This document shows, one piece after another, positions 47,459 through 53,874 of a stretch of DNA of 53,874 bases. Made by a program: the position numbers and the translations under genes. The DNA lies in the IMG/VR virus record IMGVR_UViG_3300031787_000162, positions 1 through 53,874 of that record; one strand, given 5' to 3'. Position 1 is the stretch's first letter, and each line of letters starts with the position of its first letter. The stretch is from a virus (Duplodnaviria > Caudoviricetes). The notes under the pieces are model-generated. The model saw only the letters and a program-made list of their open reading frames with translations. It searched no databases and had not been told where the DNA came from.

Positions 47459-49336
47459 TTAAGAATTAATCATATCATTGACACACATTATTTTATCTAA
47501 AAGGGCTATACCCAATATGTCAAACTTTATCACACCAAGAGCGTCCAAATCATTCATCTCCAAACCAGCAATATTTTGTTCGGTTTTAGTATCAAAAATC
47601 ATTGGACATATTTCGTTTAGTGGCATAGCAGCTATTGCAATACCAGCAGCATGCTTAGATTGATTATATTTTGTGCCCTCTATTCTTATAGCCTGCTCAA
47701 ATCTTTTTGCAAGCTGCCCTGTTAATTGACCATTTTCATCAATCTCACACCAATCTTTAAATTTATCAGGATTATTCTCTAATGCCCATTTAATAATTGA
47801 TGCGGATCCTTCCTCTTCTTTAATTTCTTGTAATTCATCAGCAATCTTAGCTTCGTCAGGAATATTTTTTGTAATATTATTCATCTCTTCAAAAGATAAA
47901 TTATCATATACTCTTAAAACTTCCTTCAGGGCTCCTCTACCCTTTAGAGTATTAAAAGTGATCATTTGTGATACTTTATCATGCCCATATTTATTTTTAA
48001 TATATTCTATAATAGTTTCTCTTTGATTAATAGGCACATCTACATCAATATCTGGCATACTAATTCTATCTTTTGTATTTCTACCAGCATTATAAAATCT
48101 TTCAAATAGTAAATTATATTTAATTGGATCAATATCTGTAATGCCAATTAAATATGATACTAAGCAACCAGCAGCACTACCTCTCCCTGGGCCGGGTAAC
48201 CATCCATTACTCTTCACGAAATTGAGTATATCCTGTACTATTAAAAAATAACTAGATAGACCAGCACCCTCTAAAACCTCAAGCTCATATTTGATTCTAT
48301 CAACATAAATTTTATGATTATCTTTTGAAATATTAGATTCTATCTTCTTTTTCCACCCCTCTCTACACAATTGTCTTAAATATTCAGATTCTGACTTATA
48401 TTGTTTTGGATAATCAAATTTTGGTAAGATTGGCTTATTTAATGGATTAAATGGCTCGCACATTTCTGATATTTTAATAGTGTTAGCAATCTCTTCTTTA
48501 GTATATAGTTCCGCAATAGTTTCGTTATCTAAAATATAGAAAGATTCGCTATTGAAAAAATGATTAACGCCAATATTTTGTCCAGCAACTATTTTTTTTG
48601 AGATTTCTGGAAGTGTAGTTTTTAGACTGCTACATAATAGTATTCTTTGATCAACTGCATCATTACTATTAGAATAGTAACTCTCTATACCGGCAACAGT
48701 ATTATGATAATTATTTGTTGCGCAAAAATCTCTAAATGTATTAAATATATTTTTTTGATTATAAAAATTATCAAATTGTTGAATTTCTATAAACGTATTA
48801 TCTTCAGTAAACATTTGATGTAACTGATCTAGATGTTGATTAAAGCTGGTTTGCCAATTAGGTATTAGTTCATTTTCTATGGTAACAGTATTCCATAATG
48901 TAGAACCATAATATCCAGTAATACAAATCAAATGTTCTGTATTGATTTGAGATAATGCAGTTAAGTCTATGCGTGGTTTTTTATAAAAAAAGTCAACACC
49001 ATTACATAAAGATATAATCTTAATAAGATTTTTCCATCCATCAAGATTTTTACATAGTAAAGTTATTCTAGATAATTGGTCATTATGTGAATTATGTATT
49101 TTAGCAGAATCTTTACATATGAAAATTTCACAACCTAAAATTGGCTTTATATCATAATTTTGCATTTCTTTAAAAAATGCTACAGAACCAGCAATTGTAC
49201 CAGCGTCGGTAATTGCACACGCATTAATTGATAATTCTTTACATCTTTCCGCAATATCTTTAGGTTTTGATAAGCCTAATTGTAAACTATAATGAGAATG
49301 TACATGCAATGGTATATATTTCATATTTCTATTCAT
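47459..49336 (-). CDS. dnaE: DNA polymerase III alpha, N-terminal part (PHP, palm, thumb)
   Basis: LHVHSHYS, KPILGCE, GPGRGSAAG, LLFERF, MPDIDVD, SKHAAGI, KFDILG; start may be ATG 49324. Confidence 0.93.
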   Translation of the reverse strand: MNRNMKYIPLHVHSHYSLQLGLSKPKDIAERCKELSINACAITDAGTIAGSVAFFKEMQNYDIKPILGCEIFICKDSAKIHNSHNDQLSRITLLCKNLDGWKNLIKIISLCNGVDFFYKKPRIDLTALSQINTEHLICITGYYGSTLWNTVTIENELIPNWQTSFNQHLDQLHQMFTEDNTFIEIQQFDNFYNQKNIFNTFRDFCATNNYHNTVAGIESYYSNSNDAVDQRILLCSSLKTTLPEISKKIVAGQNIGVNHFFNSESFYILDNETIAELYTKEEIANTIKISEMCEPFNPLNKPILPKFDYPKQYKSESEYLRQLCREGWKKKIESNISKDNHKIYVDRIKYELEVLEGAGLSSYFLIVQDILNFVKSNGWLPGPGRGSAAGCLVSYLIGITDIDPIKYNLLFERFYNAGRNTKDRISMPDIDVDVPINQRETIIEYIKNKYGHDKVSQMITFNTLKGRGALKEVLRVYDNLSFEEMNNITKNIPDEAKIADELQEIKEEEGSASIIKWALENNPDKFKDWCEIDENGQLTGQLAKRFEQAIRIEGTKYNQSKHAAGIAIAAMPLNEICPMIFDTKTEQNIAGLEMNDLDALGVIKFDILGIALLDKIMCVNDMINS

Positions 49337-50370
49337 TCGCCAGGAGCTTTATAAAAACCAAATGTGTGATTGGGATGTTTATATTCTTGAATCACCGAGT
49401 TCATACCCTTGATCTCTATGTCGTGGTGTATTTGTTCACACTTAGACATTATAGCACCACATGGGGTGGTTTGTCCATACCTATATTCTTCCAACGGAGC
49501 TATGGAAGTGCCGTCAAAGGTTGTTTTTCCAAAATGGCATAACTTGCTACACATCCAACTCTTATGTAATTGCGGTTTTTTAACTGTAACAATTTTTTCA
49601 AATTTTTGTTTTATCATTTGTTCAGTTTTTAAAAGATCCTTTTTTTCAAAACAGATAGAGAATGGTCCTCCATCATTAATAAAATTAATTGTTACCATAA
49701 TGTGATCCACATTAGGATATAACTGACTAGCAGCATAATGATATATTCTTAACTGAGGATCATTTTCTAAACATTCTTGGCTTTTTTGTTTACCGGTAGC
49801 CCAGTTTAATCTTTTGCCAGTTTTCCAGTCTACAATCTCATAAAAATTATCGTCTATTTTTGTAATTAGGTCTATAGTTCCTTTTAGTGCCAATTGACCT
49901 TCTAATTTTCCATCGGGAGTATCAAATGAATATTTAGACCACGGTTTATCGATAATAAAGTCAAAATGTTGTTCTGGACAAACAATATCTCTATTTCTTG
50001 GGTCAAACATGCCATTATTAAAAGATAATGTTTTTTCTACCCATTTTGTACAATCTATTTTGTCCTTTTCTGTCCACTTATGATGTTTGTTTGCGGTGCT
50101 ATAGTAATCATATACTTGATCAATAATAGTATATAAATTATAATTCATAGTATCTATATCACCAACAATATCATCAGTAATATTGTTTATATTGTCTTGA
50201 TTAGCTTTTTTAATAAATGCTAATATTTCTAAAATTTTATGTACGATAGTTCCTTTATCGGCCTTTTGATTTGATGGACCTCGCCATCCAAGAACATATT
50301 CAATAAAGTATTGTTGTTCACACATACTGTGTGTATTGTATGAACTACTTCTAAAGTAAGTAATTATAAT
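49333..50370 (-). CDS. PD-(D/E)xK RecB/AddB/Cas4-like exonuclease
   Basis: GTIVHKILE, KGTIDL, IVDWKTG, QLRIY; N-terminal Cys plus C-terminal CSKLC...C; frame open upstream of ATG 50325 (IIITYFRSSSYNTHS). Confidence 0.85.
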   Translation of the reverse strand: MIITYFRSSSYNTHSMCEQQYFIEYVLGWRGPSNQKADKGTIVHKILEILAFIKKANQDNINNITDDIVGDIDTMNYNLYTIIDQVYDYYSTANKHHKWTEKDKIDCTKWVEKTLSFNNGMFDPRNRDIVCPEQHFDFIIDKPWSKYSFDTPDGKLEGQLALKGTIDLITKIDDNFYEIVDWKTGKRLNWATGKQKSQECLENDPQLRIYHYAASQLYPNVDHIMVTINFINDGGPFSICFEKKDLLKTEQMIKQKFEKIVTVKKPQLHKSWMCSKLCHFGKTTFDGTSIAPLEEYRYGQTTPCGAIMSKCEQIHHDIEIKGMNSVIQEYKHPNHTFGFYKAPGE

Positions 50371-50963
50371 GGTAGGACGCCTTTCTTTTTTAGGAAAGAT
50401 AATACAGCATAAGTTTGTTGTTCTATTGTCAGCATATGATTAAATATAACGGTATCAAAATTTTGTTGATTATAGTTTTTTGGATCTAGTGCTGTTTCAC
50501 TATCATGATTAGAATTAAATGGATTTCTGGTTAATTTGATTACTAATCCTCTAGCGTCTTTAATGGCATCTACTTCATTAGGAAATCTGCAATCAGCAAT
50601 TATGGCCAGTTGTGGCTTATCTTCATTAATTTTCTGAATAGTGGCATTAGCCCATATATTATGTTGTAGTTTCCTAAAAATATCAGTTCCAACAAATTGC
50701 ATTACTTCTCTTGCGGTTAATTGTTTTCCATCCCAATAATTATTAGTTAATTCATTCTTATTATCGTCAGTTCCATAACACTGATCATAAGTTAGACCAA
50801 GTAATTTTATACAAATATCTTGCTTTAAAGGATCTGCAAAGTTATATATTTTGACATCATTAGATATTTCAGGATAAAATGTGTTATAATATCTAATAAT
50901 ATCTTGCGAACATGTGGTTTTGCCAGATTGTTTTCTTCCGGCAAAAGCTATAATTTGTGTCAT
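50364..50963 (-). CDS. Deoxynucleoside monophosphate kinase
   Basis: IIAFAGRKQSGKTT, FADPLK, TAREVMQFVGTD, IADCRFPNE, HDSE. Confidence 0.9.
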   Translation of the reverse strand: MTQIIAFAGRKQSGKTTCSQDIIRYYNTFYPEISNDVKIYNFADPLKQDICIKLLGLTYDQCYGTDDNKNELTNNYWDGKQLTAREVMQFVGTDIFRKLQHNIWANATIQKINEDKPQLAIIADCRFPNEVDAIKDARGLVIKLTRNPFNSNHDSETALDPKNYNQQNFDTVIFNHMLTIEQQTYAVLSFLKKKGVLPL

Positions 50964-52084
50964 ATAAATTTCCTTATTTCGTTATGTACTTCTTCATCAG
51001 ACATTTCAGCAATATCATTTTTACTAATTTTAATATTATGTATATTATATGTTCTATAACATTTATTATAAATTTGCGTCCTAGCTTTTTCCCCAGCTTC
51101 ATCATTATCCATTATTACTATAATAGACATAGCTCCAGATATATCCAATAATGTTTTTTGCCTATCGCTTAGATTTGATCCAAAAATAGCTACAGAATTA
51201 TGAATATTATTTTGTTCTAATTTCCATACATTTCCTGGACTTTCAACCAAAATTACATAACCAGATGATTTTATATAATCTTTTGCAAACCATAGATTAT
51301 AAAGATTTTCTTGAGTTTTAAATCCTGTACTATGTCTCCATTTTGGAAATTTGTTGATACAGTCTTGGTTTTGTTCATGATAATTGGCACACTGTTTACA
51401 TTTGTCATAAATTATTCTACCAGTACATCCTATCATGTGAGTATAATCTATATCATAGATAGGTACTACGGCCCTATGAGACATTTCTTTATTGTCTGCG
51501 ATACAATCGCCTACATCATATTTATTTAAAATCTCTTGAGAAAAACCACGATCCATAAAGTATCTACTAGGAATTTCAAGATTTTTGCGTACTATGTTCC
51601 TTGTTACGCTTCTATTATTTGGATTGGTATTAGTGCTAACAGGTGCTAGTAATTTACTATTATTAATAAATATATTTTTATTTTGTTCATCATTAGATAC
51701 CTTGATCTCAGATAATGACAAATTTAAAAAATCAATTGCATAATTTAATGCTTCTTGAAAAGAAACTGTTGGGTTTCCATTTTTATTCCACTGTTTATTG
51801 TTATGAGACAAAACACCTCTAATAAAACCAATAATTGAAGCTTTGAAAGTATGTTCACAATGGTGTGTACGACAATTCCAATTGCCTCTATATGTATCTC
51901 CAGTATAATACAGATTCAATGCGCTATCATTATCTCCGCCATGAATTGGACAACTCATAGTAATGAATCTACCATTATCTCGATATTCTAAATTTAGATG
52001 ATCTAATAAATCATAAATACGATCACATATCTTATCGCATATTATTTTAATTTTATTTTGATTAATTGAAGTTGATTTGGTCAT
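50960..52084 (-). CDS. dnaG: DnaG-type DNA primase
   Basis: Zn finger CPIH...CRTHHC; TOPRIM ILVES...MDNDEAG...ND; likely start MTKSTS (52084). Confidence 0.88.
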   Translation of the reverse strand: MTKSTSINQNKIKIICDKICDRIYDLLDHLNLEYRDNGRFITMSCPIHGGDNDSALNLYYTGDTYRGNWNCRTHHCEHTFKASIIGFIRGVLSHNNKQWNKNGNPTVSFQEALNYAIDFLNLSLSEIKVSNDEQNKNIFINNSKLLAPVSTNTNPNNRSVTRNIVRKNLEIPSRYFMDRGFSQEILNKYDVGDCIADNKEMSHRAVVPIYDIDYTHMIGCTGRIIYDKCKQCANYHEQNQDCINKFPKWRHSTGFKTQENLYNLWFAKDYIKSSGYVILVESPGNVWKLEQNNIHNSVAIFGSNLSDRQKTLLDISGAMSIIVIMDNDEAGEKARTQIYNKCYRTYNIHNIKISKNDIAEMSDEEVHNEIRKFI

Positions 52085-53525
52085 CTTGCTCTTCTTCAAT
52101 AGCAAATCCTGTACCATTTTTTGAGTCCCCACTATGTAATAATTCTATTCTAGTTTTACCTTCGGTGATTTTGGCACACCAACCTTTCATATGACAATTG
52201 ATATAGTCATTATCTTCGATTCCAGATCCATGTCTGCTAATAACAGGTATTAATTTTCTATTACCATGATTGCTTCCATCTTCGGCTATCTCTTCATCGC
52301 TTTTGCGTTTAAAAATCGTAAAATTACTACATAGCCAAATAATTCTATCGGATCCACTAGCAGTATCTGTTGTTTCTTTAGTTATTCCATCTCTATTTAA
52401 TTGTACAAATGCTACTACTGGTATCTTATATTTGCAAGCAAAATTATGTAAGGATGTCATCATAAATCCTAACACTTGATATTCTTTCATATCTTGACTA
52501 ATACCAGCACTATCCATAAGCTTTAGATAATCATAAAATATTACACACGGTTTGGCTGTACCGTCACTATTTAATCCCACATCTTTAATTATCCATCTTT
52601 TCATAATAGATAATTGTTCTTCAAATGGTTTGCCTGCTATTGGTTTATAATATAGTTTAGCCTCTTTTAATTCCTTCATACCCTTTAATATTTTATCTCT
52701 AAGTACAGTAGATTCATTAAATTTGCCAGTTTCTATTTTATTAATTTCTATTTCACTAATCATTGCTAATAATCTATTAATATGATCCTCTTTAGTCATT
52801 TCAGTGTCTAGATTAAGAACTGGAATTTTAAGTTTACTAGCAATATGAAAGCCCATATTATCAGCCAATAACGTTTTACCGGTTTTGGGTCTGGCCGCAA
52901 TAACATTAATTGTACTTTTTCTTAATCCTCCACCAATAGCAGCATCATAGGCTGGAAATCCTGTAGAAATACCAACTTGATTTATTGGATTTTTAATTAG
53001 ATTATCTATATAATCATCTATACCAACAGAAACATGGGTCGCATTATTTTCTGTATCATTCAGTGTAGATGCAAAATTAAATATTCTATCTTCAGCAAGA
53101 TTTAATATAGAAGTAATACTTTCTGAGCCATTTACTTCTAATATTTTTTCTTGAGCTGTTTCTAACTCTTTATGTAATTTTCTAGCTATTTCTAATTTTT
53201 TTATTTTTGCTGCAAATGTAATTAGATTATCTTTACTAGCTGGAAAATCAAGAATCGCTTTTAAATGTAATGTTTCATCTTTACGATTTAAAATATGATC
53301 TAGTGATAAATCTTTTGCAGCAGAATATATAAGTGCTATGTCGATTTGAGTATTTTTACTGCCAGCATCAAAGATATATTTTAGGCATTTATAAATAATT
53401 TTATTACTATCTATAGTAAATGTCTGATCATTAATTAAATCAGAAATCTCAATATATGCTTCATCGCCAAATTTACATAATATTGACAATAAAGCTCTTT
53501 CTGCTGACGGATCTGTTAAAATCAT
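52062..53525 (-). CDS. dnaB: Replicative DNA helicase DnaB
   Basis: GISTGF, AARPKTGKT, DTEM, FYDYLKL, VQLNR; SD CAGGA before ATG 53525. Confidence 0.93.
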   Translation of the reverse strand: MILTDPSAERALLSILCKFGDEAYIEISDLINDQTFTIDSNKIIYKCLKYIFDAGSKNTQIDIALIYSAAKDLSLDHILNRKDETLHLKAILDFPASKDNLITFAAKIKKLEIARKLHKELETAQEKILEVNGSESITSILNLAEDRIFNFASTLNDTENNATHVSVGIDDYIDNLIKNPINQVGISTGFPAYDAAIGGGLRKSTINVIAARPKTGKTLLADNMGFHIASKLKIPVLNLDTEMTKEDHINRLLAMISEIEINKIETGKFNESTVLRDKILKGMKELKEAKLYYKPIAGKPFEEQLSIMKRWIIKDVGLNSDGTAKPCVIFYDYLKLMDSAGISQDMKEYQVLGFMMTSLHNFACKYKIPVVAFVQLNRDGITKETTDTASGSDRIIWLCSNFTIFKRKSDEEIAEDGSNHGNRKLIPVISRHGSGIEDNDYINCHMKGWCAKITEGKTRIELLHSGDSKNGTGFAIEEEQDDQINFN

Positions 53526-53527
53526 AT

Positions 53528-53872
53528 TTATCCTGCGTTTGTTGAACAATTATTACATTTATATCTATCTACAGAATCACTAATCAAAACTGGATTTACA
53601 GATTCTTTTTTGCCACAAGATCTACATACTACAGATATTGGTTTAAAAGATCTATTTCTTGGTGTTGGTGGAAATTTATTTAATGCTTTATCGACTATAG
53701 TATCTTCCTTATGCAAGTCTTTAACTCCCATGGTTAAAAATCTATTATTCGATGAAGGATCATACTTAGGCGATCTAGTTTTTGATCTAATATTATTTTG
53801 TTTCTGTATTTTAGTTTTTGGTTTTGTTTTTTTAGATTTTTTAGGAGTATTTTCATTTGGCAATAAAGACTG
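53528..53872 (-). CDS. Basic Zn-ribbon hypothetical protein, probably 5'-truncated by the window edge
   Basis: CRSC...CNNC; frame stays open to the window end. Confidence 0.6.
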   Translation of the reverse strand, partial: QSLLPNENTPKKSKKTKPKTKIQKQNNIRSKTRSPKYDPSSNNRFLTMGVKDLHKEDTIVDKALNKFPPTPRNRSFKPISVVCRSCGKKESVNPVLISDSVDRYKCNNCSTNAG

Positions 53873-53874
53873 TA

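Noticed and set aside
46500-47520. Split intein or self-splicing intron at the dnaE break
   Set aside because: No intein terminal motifs on either half; the gap is filled by ordinary coupled ORFs with no room for intron structure.
49333-50370. CRISPR-Cas system suggested by the Cas4-like nuclease
   Set aside because: No repeat-spacer array or other cas genes seen; solo RecB/Cas4-like nucleases are common in phage replication modules.
1-53874. Stop-codon reassignment
   Set aside because: Standard-code ORFs are full length and tile the window; TAA, TGA and TAG all end genes. The two split genes change frame or have intervening genes rather than a single in-frame stop.

Overview
This is an AT-rich fragment of a large tailed dsDNA phage (Caudoviricetes). 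It is probably long-tailed and non-contractile, since a tube gene and a 2573-aa tape measure are present but no sheath gene is recognisable. The + strand arm (about 1.7-38.0 kb) carries a sigma-like transcription factor, HNH and ERCC4 nucleases, terminase, portal, protease/scaffold, capsid, neck, tail and Cys/Ser-Pro-rich tail-tip genes. The convergent - strand arm (38.0-53.9 kb) carries a glycosyltransferase cluster, SSB, a DnaE polymerase split into two genes around a DEDDh exonuclease, a RecB/Cas4-like nuclease, dNMP kinase, primase and DnaB helicase. A GT60-like GlcNAc transferase lies at the left edge. Leading hypotheses: (1) a virion protein O-glycosylation system, with GT60 and GT4 enzymes acting on a recurring (S/T)DPC-(SP)n tag found in six structural proteins; (2) an intein-less two-chain DnaE; (3) a GGTGTAW-N3-YA late promoter read by a Cys-insert sigma factor; (4) F-x-x-G-G-delimited cargo cassettes inside the tape measure. 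I found no tRNA, rRNA, CRISPR array, integrase or lysis genes. All functional calls come from motif recognition by eye, without database searches, and the host cannot be determined from this window.
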